Shown here: positions 21,801-31,524 of the stretch, one piece after another
Numbering within the stretch: the first letter of the stretch is position 1
Layout: every line of letters begins with the position of its first letter
Origin: Pirellulales bacterium
GTDB taxonomy: Bacteria > Planctomycetota > Planctomycetia > Pirellulales > JAICIG01
Direction: 5' to 3'
Assembly (NCBI GenBank): GCA_963786255.1
Contig: CAWAYY010000013.1
Span: forward strand, 198,767 to 262,766
DNA: 64,000 nt
Translations under genes and position numbers: made by a program
The notes under the pieces: generated by a model
What the model was told of the DNA's origin: nothing
Database searches by the model: none
The model's input: only the letters and a program-made list of their open reading frames with translations

Positions 21801-21937
21801 AGGACCTGATCGCCGAATTGATCCAACGTCGCATCGAGCGGAATGGTTAGCGACGTAGGGCTGGTCAACACGCAACGCAGTTCGAGCCATTCGAACCGTC
21901 TCGCCAATCGCCCCTTGCGACGCAAGTCGAAACGCAT
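18843..21937 (-). pseudogene. large secreted protein: two retropepsin-like DTG lobes + 4 Ig/PKD-like repeats + DUF4214 tail (two frame breaks)
   Basis: ORF 20588-21997 has IFDTGASAVTF (D at 21749-21751) and FLLDTGSQLTVIS (D at 21122-21124), 209 aa apart. ORF 19210-20703 has 4 repeats of about 100 aa with ATIDWGDG. ORF 18843-19379 has DUF4214-type YLxxLGRxAD repeats. Joins near 20810 and 19375. Start 21937 or 21997. Confidence 0.7.
19473..20670 (-). repeat. four tandem ~297-300-bp coding repeats
   Basis: Period shown by shadow ORFs starting at 19592, 19889 and 20189. Protein repeats read PLTATAMTI(N/S)AVEGQTFSGAVATFSDANPAAVAGDFTATIDWGDG...TFTVSG.H.YAEEA..L.VDVAIADTGGSTAT.HS.AEV.DA. The central copies are nearly identical. 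Confidence 0.8.
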
Positions 21938-22300
21938 GCCTGGGCCTCCCGGTAAGCGAACTTCGCCCAGAGGAAATGAACACCCGCCATGCGGCAAGCG
22001 AACCGGGCGAAAGCAGACGAGCGATATCCTAACGGCTCTCTATGCGGCAATCCAGTCTTTGATGAAGATCCGCGGCGTGAGCCGACGCCAGGCTGTCGTG
22101 CTGGGTGGTTCGGCGCATCGGACAGACGCGACGTTCCGCCTGGCCGTTACACTGCGCAAAGTTTGACGGGCGTGCCGGGAAAAACACGATCTGCACAGGC
22201 GAAAATAATGACATTGGGGCCCGATTTCAGTACATTGGGCTGCATGCGTTGGCGGCGTCGTCGTTCAATTCCGTCATTCAAGTTGTTTTTCTCTTGCGTC

Positions 22301-23478
22301 ATGACGGAGCTTGTTTTCACCCGAGTCGACGCCGCCTTGATGCTGCTCGACCGGCATCGCGTGCGACGGCGTCAACAGATTCCCGCGCTGAGCGTGGTTG
22401 TCGGCGATCGGGGTGCGCCAGCGAGGCTGGTTCATCGCTGGGCCCGGCTTGCGGACGTGCACGTCTGTGAAAGCACGAACGTCGCTCTCGCTGAGCAGGT
22501 TTCCGACTGGTTCGCTGCGCTGGTTCGCGTGCGCAACTTGCCGGGCCTGGCGTGCGCTTGGCTGGCCCGACGCGCAGGCGTCAGCGGCGGGGAGCTCTGG
22601 CGCCGGTTATGTCATCGTTCTGCACACGAACGTGACTTGTTTCTCAATCGCCTGCTCGGCGAGGCGGACCCCTCGCCGAGCGAGACAGTCTGCCGGGCGA
22701 TCCTCGAGCACAGTTTCGAGCAGGGCTCGACCGTCGTGGGGATGTGGGGTCGCCTGCTCGCCGCCTGTCGCGACGACGTCGGCGCCTTGTTCACAGGCGT
22801 GTCTGCGATCGTCGGCCGAGACGGCGGTCCGGCTCTGTTCGTCAACTTGCCGGCAGAGGCCGGGCTTGATGCTTTCGACGCCGCGTGCACGAATTTAACC
22901 TCATTGACGTCCGTTTCGCCTCGGCTGGCCGCGCTCGTTTCAGTTTCCCCCAAGTTGTTGCAGTGGTATCTTGCACGGGCGCCCAGTCGCACGCATTGGC
23001 GCTGGTGCGCCGAAGGCGTAGTTTCCGCCGCCTGGAACGACGAAGCCTCGGAAGTTTCCACGGGCGAAGGCGCGTCGTCGACGTCGCCGGAAGTATCGGT
23101 AGGGGAACGTGCGGACGCCGACGACGATCCGGCGCCAGCCGGGCGGAACGATATTTGTTCGAGCGGCTGCAAACGCACGTAGAAACGGCCGACCTGTTTG
23201 AACTCAACGGCCGGCTTGCCGCGGCGGACGCTTGGGGCGGCAGCTTGGAGGTCGATTTGCTGTCGCGCGACGTGCAAGTCGCCGTCGAGATCGACGGCTA
23301 CTTTCACTTCAACGACCTGGACGCATACCGGCGAGATCGCCGCAAGGACGTGCTGTTGCAGCAGGCGGGCTATTTCGTGGTGCGCTGCCTGGCCGACGAC
23401 GTCGTGGCGGGATTAGAAGAGATTGTTGAGACCATCGTCGCCGCCGTCCGCCTGCAGCGGGCGCGGCGACCGCAATAG
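22301..23478 (+). CDS. candidate system gene A: unknown N-terminal domain fused to DUF559/Vsr-like (PD-(D/E)xK) endonuclease domain; one frame break near 23140
   Basis: ATG 22301 (MTELVFTRVD; alternatives 22208, 21989). About 280 aa without a recognisable motif, then a switch into the ORF 22885-23478 frame: SRAERYLFERLQ...EVDLLSRDVQVAVEIDGYFHFNDLDAYRRDRRKDVLLQQAGYFVVRCLADDV. EIDG at 23287-23298. This fits the DUF559 pattern. Confidence 0.6.
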
Positions 23479-23492
23479 CAGGAGCAGCCGTT

Positions 23493-24499
23493 ATGATTTT
23501 CGGCGTCGCCGCCGTCGACCTGGAGACGAGCGACCAGTTGATTCTGGCGAGAATGCTTTTTTCCGCCACACCGTCGAAGGCGCGAGATGACGTGGGCAAG
23601 ATCGCCGCGGCCCGGCTCAGTTCCGGCGAATGGGCCGACGCCTTCGACTCGCATTGGCGCCGGCTTGTCGAGGCAGGCATGCTCCGCCCCAAGTCGAGCG
23701 GCAAGTCCGGCAAACCTGGCAAGACCTTCGAGCTGACCGAGGAGGGGCGGCGCCGGGTTTGCGAGTTTCTGCAACTGGATGAAATTCCCCCTCGGCTCAC
23801 CTGGGCGAAGCTGCAGACCGATTTCTTGTTGCCGCTGGCGATGAACGTGCGGCCGGGAACCCGCGAGGCCGAGCAACTCAAGAGGGCCGCGTCGCTGCAG
23901 CGTGCGGTGATCGTCAGATCGAAGGGGCTGGCGCCGCCCGCCGGCGGCACGATCAAGCAGGTTCTCGGCGCCTTGGCGTGGAAGCTGATCGGCGTGGAGT
24001 GCGACGCCGATTTCACGGCCGAGAACGTGATTCAGCAGTTTGTCTTCCGTCAGAAGCCGGCCAGAAAGCTCACGACCGCACGCGTCGCAGCCGCCGTGGC
24101 GGCGGCGGCGGCGGGCGCGCGGACCCATTCGGCGCCCGAGCTGCGGTTGTCGGTCATTCGCCAATGGCTGCTTCAAGCGGGAGGCGGCGAAGCGGCAGCC
24201 GGCGCGCCGACCTGGCCGCGTTCGCCGAGCACGTCTTGAACGCGGCGCGCCGGTTGCCCGCTGCGAGCCGATTCGGCGATAACAAGGTTTTTATCTCGCG
24301 CGTCTGGCGGAAGCTGGCGGAAGAGAGGATGCTCGGCGGGCTTGCACTTGAGCCGTTCAAACAGCGGCTGGTAGAGGCGAATCGCGAAGGGCTGCTACGC
24401 CTGAGCCGCGCCGATCTGGTGGAAGCCATGCCGCCGGCAGACGTCGAGGAATCGGGAACCGCGTACGAAAACGCCACGTTTCATTTCATTCGTCTTTGA
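23493..24499 (+). CDS. candidate system gene B: hypothetical ~335-aa protein, possible winged-helix; one frame break near 24190
   Basis: ATG 23493 with AGGAGC upstream, 14 nt after the gene A stop. Frames join as ...QWLLQAGGGEAA|ADLAAFAEHVLNAARRL. Possible wHTH segment KTFELTEEGRRRVCEFL. C-terminus FGDNKVFISRVWRKL...ENATFHFIRL. No family recognised. Confidence 0.5.
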
Positions 24500-24516
24500 G
24501 GCAGGAGCTGTTAGAG

Positions 24517-25695
24517 ATGGCATCGGCTGCAATGGCGGCGCCTCGGCGCTCTTCGGACTCGACGGATCCTCGCGTGCGCACGTTCAGCTCGCCGCTGGGA
24601 CGAGAGGTGTTCCATTCAATCTGCCATGCAAAGGAGATTGGCACTCCCGACCCGTTCGACGTGTGCTCCATTCACGCCGAAGCCCGCGACGTTTTCGAGG
24701 CCATGATCGATCGCAGCACCACCCCGCCCGGCACGCCCTCGGGACGTACGTTGCTGCTGCTCGGCGAGTCGGGTAGCGGCAAGACGCACTTGATGCGCGC
24801 CTTTCGCAACTACGTCCACGGCCGCGGTTTGGGTTACTGCGGCTACTTGCAGATGACGACGCCCACGCACAACTACGGGCGGTATATCCTCTCCAAGCTG
24901 CTCGCGTCGCTCGATGAGCGTTACGACGAGCCAACCAACCAGCTCTCGGCCCTGATGTGTCTCTCCAACGCCTTGGTCGACACGCTGGGGCCTGACTATG
25001 CGTCGGTCGTCGACTGCATGCGCGAGGAGCGATTCGGCCAGGAAGAACTGAACGAGCAGGTCCGTCGCCTGGCCAACGACATCCTGGAAGATTGGGGGCA
25101 AAGAGGGGCGGCGCTGCGTGACGTCGTGCGCGCCATGCTCTATTTGCAGAAGCAAGATCCGGCGCCGTGCGCCGCCGTTCACAGCTACCTGCGGTGCGAA
25201 GACCTGGGCCGGCACGACCGCGCGGCGCTGGGAGACATGGCGCCGCGGAACGACGACTCGCACCCGATGGAGATGATCGAGTCCTTGGGCTACTTGATGT
25301 GGGCCGCACACAGGCGTCCGCTGGTGCTGTTCGTGGACCAGTTGGAAGATATGTATAACCTTCAAAACGCCGCGGAACTGTTCCGCCGCGCGATCGGCGC
25401 GGTCAACACGGTGGCGGAGAACGTGCCGTCGTCGGTCATCGTCGTGGCGTGCCTCGAGGACTATTACGAAAAACTGAAGTCGTCGTTGGCGCAGTCGCTG
25501 GTCGACAAGATCGAGCGTGGTCCCGACAGGTTGCGTCTAGAGAGCCAGCGTAACGAGCAAGAAGTGCTCGATCTGGCGGCGACCCGGCTGGCCGTGCTGT
25601 ACGAAGACGCCGGCGTGAAGGTCTCGCCCGACGATCCGACGTTTCCGATTCCGACCGAACAGTTGCGCCAGCTTCGAAATCTTCGCCACCCGTGA
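24517..25695 (+). CDS. candidate system gene C: P-loop NTPase (AAA_16/AAA_22/ORC-like style)
   Basis: ATG 24517. TTG 24496 would overlap the gene B stop. Walker A LLLLGESGSGKTHLMRAF (GESGSGKT = 24763-24786). Walker B LVLFVDQLED (25321-25350). Family cannot be fixed by eye. Confidence 0.65.
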   Translation: MASAAMAAPRRSSDSTDPRVRTFSSPLGREVFHSICHAKEIGTPDPFDVCSIHAEARDVFEAMIDRSTTPPGTPSGRTLLLLGESGSGKTHLMRAFRNYVHGRGLGYCGYLQMTTPTHNYGRYILSKLLASLDERYDEPTNQLSALMCLSNALVDTLGPDYASVVDCMREERFGQEELNEQVRRLANDILEDWGQRGAALRDVVRAMLYLQKQDPAPCAAVHSYLRCEDLGRHDRAALGDMAPRNDDSHPMEMIESLGYLMWAAHRRPLVLFVDQLEDMYNLQNAAELFRRAIGAVNTVAENVPSSVIVVACLEDYYEKLKSSLAQSLVDKIERGPDRLRLESQRNEQEVLDLAATRLAVLYEDAGVKVSPDDPTFPIPTEQLRQLRNLRHP

Positions 25696-25696
25696 C

Positions 25697-27675
25697 GTGC
25701 TCGACTGGTGTCGCCGGTTCCAGGAGCAGTTTCGGACGCAAGGAACCGCTTCTCTGCCGCCCCGGCCCGCGAGGCTTCAGGCCGCGTCGTTCGAAGCCGC
25801 CGAGTTGGAAGAAGCGTGGCAGACGTTCCTTGCCGAGGGACAGTGGCAGACGCCGGTTGACGAGGCTCATTTCGCGCAAACGTTGGCCGCGGCGATTGTG
25901 CGATGCAACGACGAAGCGCCGCCCGCAGGCTTCGCCTTCGAGGCGACGTGCGACGATCGCTTCGTGGCACTGGAGATCCATGGTCCGGACAACGAGGTCG
26001 AGAAGATCCTCGCCGCCGTTTGCAACAAGCGACCGCAAGGAAACGGCTTGGCCAAACAGATCGACGAGTTGGAGCAACGGGCGGGCGAGCACGGCAGGTT
26101 TATCGTTCGATCGGTCGAGTTTCCGTCGAACCCGGCAGCGAAAATCTCCGCGCAGTTGGGCGATTTTATCATGCGCGGCGGACGCCGGGCGGTGATCGAA
26201 GATTCTCAGTGGCGCGCGATGCTGGCCTTTGAGGATTTTCGCCGCGATCGCCAAGAGCATCCTGCCTTCGCCGCGTGGCTGCGGGAGGAAAAGCCGCTGA
26301 CGCGGCTTGCGCCGCTGCGCGAACTATTGCAATCGGATCGCCGCCGCACGGCGGCGCCCCCGGAGAGCGACGAACCCTCGGCTGGCGGCAATGACGGAAA
26401 GGGCGGGCCGATCGCTGCGCCCGCCGAGGAACGCGCCGCCGCCGTTGCGTCGCCCCTGCGGCTCGGCTGGACGATGGGATTGAGCCCCTTGCCCGTCGAA
26501 ATAGGCGCCGACGAGCTGACGCGGCACGCGGCGTTTCTCGGCGGTTCGGGCAGTGGCAAGACGACCGTGGCATTAAACCTGATCGAGCAACTCCTGGAAC
26601 GCGGCGTGCCGTGCGTGCTGGTCGATCGCAAGGGAGATCTCTGCGGCTATGCCGATCCCGACTGGTGGAACGCGCCGGCCGCCGGCGAAAGCGACTCGGC
26701 GCGCAAACGCGCACTGCGCCGGCGAGCGGAAGTCTCTCTCTATACTCCCGGCAACGCGGGCGGCAGGCCGGTCAGGTTGACAATCGTGCCGGCGGGTATG
26801 AGCGAAGCCAAGGAGTTCGATCAGTTGGCGAGTTCTTCCGCGGCGGCGCTGGGGAGCATGATCGGATTGAAGGCCGAAACGAGGCACGCCCCGCTGCACG
26901 CGATCTTGCTGCATGCCATCCGGCAACTCGCCATCTTGCGGCCGCACCACGAATCGGGCGTCGAACATCTGGTCGAGTTGATCGACTCGTCCGATCCCCG
27001 GCTGGTCAATGCCCTCGGCAAGCTCGACAAGAAGCATTTCAAGAAAATCGTCGAGGGGCTGGAAACTTTGCGGCTGACACGCGGCGAGTTGTTCTCCCCG
27101 ACGGCCGAGACGCTCGATTTCGACTGCTTGCTGCACCGACCAGCGACGGAAAGACGCGGCTCAGCATCATCAGCACCAAATTCCTCGGCGAAATGCTCGA
27201 CGTGCAGTTCTGGGTTGCGCAGTTCCTGAACGAACTGCGGCGCTGGGCCAGCCGCAACCCGTCGAGCGCGCTACAAGCGGTCGTGCTGTTCGACGAGGCC
27301 GATATTTACCTGCCGGCCCGCTCGCAGCCGGCCTCGAAGGCGGCGATGGAAGATCTGTTGAAGCGAGCCCGCTCCGCCGGCATCGGCTTGTTGTTGGCCA
27401 CCCAAAGCCCTGGCGATCTTGACTACAAGTGCCGCGAGAACATTCGCTCCTGGTTCCTCGGTCGCATCAAGGAAAATACGGCCATTGCCAAGTTGAAGCC
27501 GATGCTGGATGGCGCCCGCTACGACGCCGGCGCCAAGCTGCCGGCGCAGGCGCCGGGCGAGTTCCAACTGGTGCGCGATGGCGAACTGGCGCCGTTGAAG
27601 GCCGATCGCTCGCTGATGCAGACCGAGCAACGCGCTGAAGATGTCATCTTGCGATTGGCGGAACGGGGAGCGTGA
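25697..27675 (+). CDS. candidate system gene D: HerA/DUF87/DUF853-like ATPase with ~280-aa N-terminal extension; frame break near 27133; possibly fused to gene C
   Basis: First codon is GTG, 1 nt after the gene C stop. RHAAFLGGSGSGKTTVALNLIEQLLERGVPCVLVDRKGDL (Walker A 26540-26566). After the join LDFDCLL|APTSDGKTRLSIISTKFLGE: Walker B VVLFDEAD (27280-27303), LLLATQSPGDLD, FLGRIKEN. Confidence 0.7.
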
Positions 27676-27681
27676 TGTCGC

Positions 27682-27737
27682 CCCGGCTTCACGGTGACGA
27701 TTGCAATGCCTAAGAATTTAGGTATGCTGAAGCCGGG
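27682..27737 (+). terminator. nested hairpin after gene D
   Basis: CCCGGCTTCA (27682-27691) pairs with TGAAGCCGGG (27728-27737). Inner CCTAA-GAAT-TTAGG. Starts 7 nt after the stop at 27675. No clear T-tract. Confidence 0.3.
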
Positions 27738-27777
27738 CGTCTGAACGACATGAGGCATTTCATCGCGGAGCACGAAG

Positions 27778-28791
27778 ATGAGTCGCAAAGGCTTCACGCT
27801 AGTCGAACTGCTGGTGGTGATTGCAATCATCGGCATATTGATTGCCCTTCTGCTGCCTGCCGTGCAAGCAGCCCGCGAGGCGGCGCGGCGCTCGCAGTGC
27901 TCCAACAACATGCGGCAGATGGGCATCGGGCTGATGAACTACGAATCGTCGGTGAAGAGGCTGCCGCCGTCGATCGTGCTCAATGGTTCGGGAAGCACGG
28001 TCACTTGGAACGGCGGCTGGAGCGTGCTAGCACGCATCTTGCCGTACATGGAGCAGTCGAACTTGTTCGCCCGCTGCGATTTCAGCGTCAATAAGGAAGA
28101 GCCCGCCAATCAGCCGGCGATTAGCCTGAACCTGCCGGTCTATATCTGCCCCAGCATGATCAATACTGAAGTTTCAACGCACGATTACGGCCGCTCGGGC
28201 GTCACGGGTTATGGCGTGTGCATGGGCGATTGGTTCATCTGGGGCGGCTTTGGGGGACAGAACAACCGCAGCGCATTCGGTCCCAACCGGAGCCGCGGAC
28301 TGAACGAGCTGACAGACGGTTTGAGCCAATCGCTGGCCATCTCCGAAGTCAAGAGCTACCAGCCGACCTACATTTGCGATAATGCTCAGCTTTCGCAGGT
28401 CAACAACCCCAACAGCATTCCGCCCCCGTCGGCCGATTATCTTTCCGTCGCGCCGGAGTATCTGGGCGGATGTCGGTTGTATGCCTTGGGGCACACGGAA
28501 TGGTCGGACGGCAATTGCCATGCGACCGGTTTTACGACCGCCTGGCCGCCCAACTCCGTCACGCTCGGCACGCCCGACTTGAGCATGGACATGGATTTGC
28601 AAGGGGCGAACGAGGAACAAGGCGGACCGACGTTCGGCGCCATCAGCGCCCGCAGCTATCATCCGCAAGGCGTGAACGTCATGATGGTCGACGGCAGCGT
28701 CCGGTTCGTCAACAATGGCGTCAATGGCATCATCTGGCGAGCGCTGGGCACCGTGAGCGGCGGCGAAGCGGCGCAACTCAGCGACCTGTGA
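27778..28791 (+). CDS. DUF1559 protein with prepilin-type N-terminal cleavage/methylation motif
   Basis: [53 protein letters not shown]-terminal H-x9-DG-type motif region ([19 protein letters not shown]). Confidence 0.9.
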   Translation: MSRKGFTLVELLVVIAIIGILIALLLPAVQAAREAARRSQCSNNMRQMGIGLMNYESSVKRLPPSIVLNGSGSTVTWNGGWSVLARILPYMEQSNLFARCDFSVNKEEPANQPAISLNLPVYICPSMINTEVSTHDYGRSGVTGYGVCMGDWFIWGGFGGQNNRSAFGPNRSRGLNELTDGLSQSLAISEVKSYQPTYICDNAQLSQVNNPNSIPPPSADYLSVAPEYLGGCRLYALGHTEWSDGNCHATGFTTAWPPNSVTLGTPDLSMDMDLQGANEEQGGPTFGAISARSYHPQGVNVMMVDGSVRFVNNGVNGIIWRALGTVSGGEAAQLSDL

Positions 28792-28858
28792 GTCTCGGGG
28801 GCGTCGAACGCCCGGCATCGGGGAGCCGTTTGGATCTTCGCAAAGGAAAGATGGCCCC

Positions 28859-29926
28859 ATGTTCGCCCACAAGCTCTTCCTTCCAAAACGTGCGCTGTCC
28901 CAGGATGGCTTGCCGCGGGCGGGTTTGCTGGCCGCGGCAATGATCGCGCTCGCCGGTTGCACGCCGCGATACGAGCGCGAAGTGATCGTCTATGCCGCGC
29001 TCGACGCCGAGTTCTCCCGGCCGATATTGGAGCAGTTCGAACGGCAAACGGGCATTGTCGCTCTGCCCAAGTTCGACGTCGAATCGACCAAGACGGTCGG
29101 CCTGACGCAGGCGATCATCGCCGAAGCGAACGAACCTCGCTGCGATGTTTTCTGGAACAATGAGATTCTGAACACCTTGCGGTTGGAGCAGCGAGGCTTG
29201 CTCGAGTCCTATCGTCCGAAAAACGCCGACGATTATCCCGAGATGTTCCGCTCTGCGGACGAAACCTGGCACGGTTTCGCCGCTCGAGCCCGCGTGCTGC
29301 TGGTCAATACCGAGGCGATGTCCGAAGACGAGCGGCCTGACTCGATCAAGGATCTGGCCGACGAGAAGTGGCGAGGCCGTTGTGGGTTGGCCAAGCCGCT
29401 GTTCGGCACGACGGCCACGCACGTCGCCTGCCTGTTTGCCGAGCTCGGGCAGGAGGAAGCCGCTGGGCTGTTTCGCGACATGAAGGCCAATGACGTGCAG
29501 GTCTTTCCCGGCAACAAGCAAGTGGCGCAGGCGGTTTCGGCCGGCAGCATTGCCTTCGGCCTGACCGACACCGACGACGCCATTATCGAAGTCGAGGCGG
29601 GCAAACCTGTGGCGATTGTCTACCCGGATCAAGGGCCCGAGGGCCTGGGGACGCTCTTCATTCCCAACACGTTGGCGATCATCAAAGGCTCGGCCAACGC
29701 GGCCGCGGCCCGGCGGCTGGTTGATCATCTGTTGACGCCGGAGACCGAGATCCAGCTTTCCAGAGGCGCGAGCGCGCAGATTCCGCTGAACTCGAAAGTG
29801 GACGTGCCGCTGCGCGTCGAAACGCCCCGCACGGTGAAATCGATGGACGTCGATTTTGCCGCCGCCGCTCAACAGTGGGACGCCGCGGCGCGGTTCGTGC
29901 GGGATACGTTCGCGCGCGTCGATTGA
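28859..29926 (+). CDS. extracellular solute-binding lipoprotein (Fe3+/AfuA-like ABC substrate-binding family)
   Basis: Lipobox LAGC after a hydrophobic signal. VIVYAALDAEFSRPILEQFERQTGI...CDVFWNNEIL...HGFAARARVLLVN. No permease or ATPase genes adjacent. Confidence 0.75.
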   Translation: MFAHKLFLPKRALSQDGLPRAGLLAAAMIALAGCTPRYEREVIVYAALDAEFSRPILEQFERQTGIVALPKFDVESTKTVGLTQAIIAEANEPRCDVFWNNEILNTLRLEQRGLLESYRPKNADDYPEMFRSADETWHGFAARARVLLVNTEAMSEDERPDSIKDLADEKWRGRCGLAKPLFGTTATHVACLFAELGQEEAAGLFRDMKANDVQVFPGNKQVAQAVSAGSIAFGLTDTDDAIIEVEAGKPVAIVYPDQGPEGLGTLFIPNTLAIIKGSANAAAARRLVDHLLTPETEIQLSRGASAQIPLNSKVDVPLRVETPRTVKSMDVDFAAAAQQWDAAARFVRDTFARVD

Positions 29927-30106
29927 CAATTGGAAGCGGAGTGGTAGTTTTTATGGATTGCGTCTCTGACGCGTACCGAGCTGAAGCCAGCCTCTGCCGC
30001 CTTCTTGCGGCGCCAGCAATGCTCGGATGTTTGCATCGCTCGTGCAGGTGGCGGAAGCACGCCTCGCCTTGGGCCCTGAACTTTGACCTCAACCTTGGGT
30101 CGTACC

Positions 30107-31384
30107 ATGATGCGTTCTGGAGATTCTTGTTCCGCGCACTTTGTGGGCAATTGCAGTCTGCTGCGCACCGGCGGCCTGGTCCTCGTGATGATTGGCTGTT
30201 GTCTCGCGGCTCCGCTGCGGGCAGAAGCGAGCGACTGGCCCGGCTTTCGCGGCCGAGGAGACAGCAGCGCCCAGGCGGAGTTGCCGCTAACGTGGAGCGA
30301 CGAGGCGAACGTGGGCTGGACGTGCGACTTGAAAGGCTACGGCCAATCGTCGCCGGTCGTCTGGGCAAAGCGCATCTTCGTCACGTCGGCCGAGGGCGAG
30401 AACAAGGAAACGCTGGTTGTCGCCTGCATTGCGGCCGACTCGGGCAAGACGTTGTGGCAAAAAGAAACGCCTTCATCGTTGCCGGCGAGAGCCACGGACT
30501 ACATTAGCCGCGGCGCTCCCACGCCCGTGGTCGACGCCCGCGGCGTTTATGCGTTTTTCGAAAGCGGCGATTTGCTCGCGTTCACGCATGCGGGCGAGCC
30601 GCTCTGGTCGCGCGACCTGGCCAAGGACTATGGACCGATCGAAGGCAATCACGGACTGGGCGGTTCGCCGGCCCAAACCGAGGATACGGTGATCCTGCTG
30701 GTTGCCAACTCAGGCCCGTCGTACCTGGCGGCTTTCGACAAACGCACGGGCGAAACCGTTTGGAAGCAGGACCGTGAGGCCCGCGTTTCCTGGAGTTCGC
30801 CGATCATTTCGCCAGGACCGAACGGCCTGCATGTTTTTGTCAGCTCCAACGGCCTTGTGCAAAGCTTCAACGCGAAAACGGGCGCCCTGCGCTGGGAGGT
30901 TCGCGGGCTCGAGGGCAACACGGTCGCTTCCCCCAGCGTCACGGCGGAGACCGTGCTGGTCGGTTCGAGCCAGGCGGGTAACAATTTGTTGATCCGCCGC
31001 GGCGGCGAGGGAGACGTTACCGAAACGCACGTCGCCTGGCGAGTGGACGAGGTGTCGTCGTCGTTCGGTTCGCCCTTGGTGCATCAAGGCCGCGCTTATT
31101 TCGTCAACAAGACGGGCGTGGCGTTCGCCGTCGACCTGCAGCAGCAGAAGCTGCTGTGGAAACAGCGGCTTCCGGATTCGACCTGGGCCTCGCCGATCGC
31201 CAGCGGCGATCGGATCTATTTCTTCTGCAAGAACGGAGAAGCGGTCGTCGTCCGGGCTGCGGATTCGTTTGAAAAGTTGGCCGAAAATAGCCTGGAAATC
31301 GACGACCGCGTCTACGGGGTTGCCGCGGCCCGCGGCGGATTTGTGATTCGCAGCGGCAGCCGGCTGACCTTCATTCGCCCTTGA
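30107..31384 (+). CDS. PQQ-like beta-propeller repeat protein (BamB-like fold)
   Basis: ATG 30107 (the track start 30083 is TTG). Signal peptide, then repeated W-containing blades: DWPGFRG, TLWQKE, PLWSRDL, TVWKQD, ALRWEV, LLWKQRL. Confidence 0.8.
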   Translation: MMRSGDSCSAHFVGNCSLLRTGGLVLVMIGCCLAAPLRAEASDWPGFRGRGDSSAQAELPLTWSDEANVGWTCDLKGYGQSSPVVWAKRIFVTSAEGENKETLVVACIAADSGKTLWQKETPSSLPARATDYISRGAPTPVVDARGVYAFFESGDLLAFTHAGEPLWSRDLAKDYGPIEGNHGLGGSPAQTEDTVILLVANSGPSYLAAFDKRTGETVWKQDREARVSWSSPIISPGPNGLHVFVSSNGLVQSFNAKTGALRWEVRGLEGNTVASPSVTAETVLVGSSQAGNNLLIRRGGEGDVTETHVAWRVDEVSSSFGSPLVHQGRAYFVNKTGVAFAVDLQQQKLLWKQRLPDSTWASPIASGDRIYFFCKNGEAVVVRAADSFEKLAENSLEIDDRVYGVAAARGGFVIRSGSRLTFIRP

Positions 31385-31524
31385 CTAGCTTGTCTTCCTT
31401 ATCCAGTCTTGCCGGGCGTTCTTCGCCAGCACGACGTATTTGCGCTCCCCGCACTTTCCTGAAGCGAGAAGCGGCAAAAAACTGACCTGCGTATCTGCTT
31501 GCGGCCGAAATAGAAGGGCGACCG

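Noticed and set aside
21989-22300. Upstream extension of candidate-system gene A (track ORF starts at 21989)
   Set aside because: The first ~100 codons are Arg/Pro/Gly-rich, overlap the divergent promoter region of the secreted-protein gene, and look non-coding. ATG 22301 was preferred, but the start remains uncertain.
28778-29929. 383-aa ORF on the minus strand
   Set aside because: Antisense to the solute-binding lipoprotein gene, which has a lipobox signal and family motifs. Shadow ORF.
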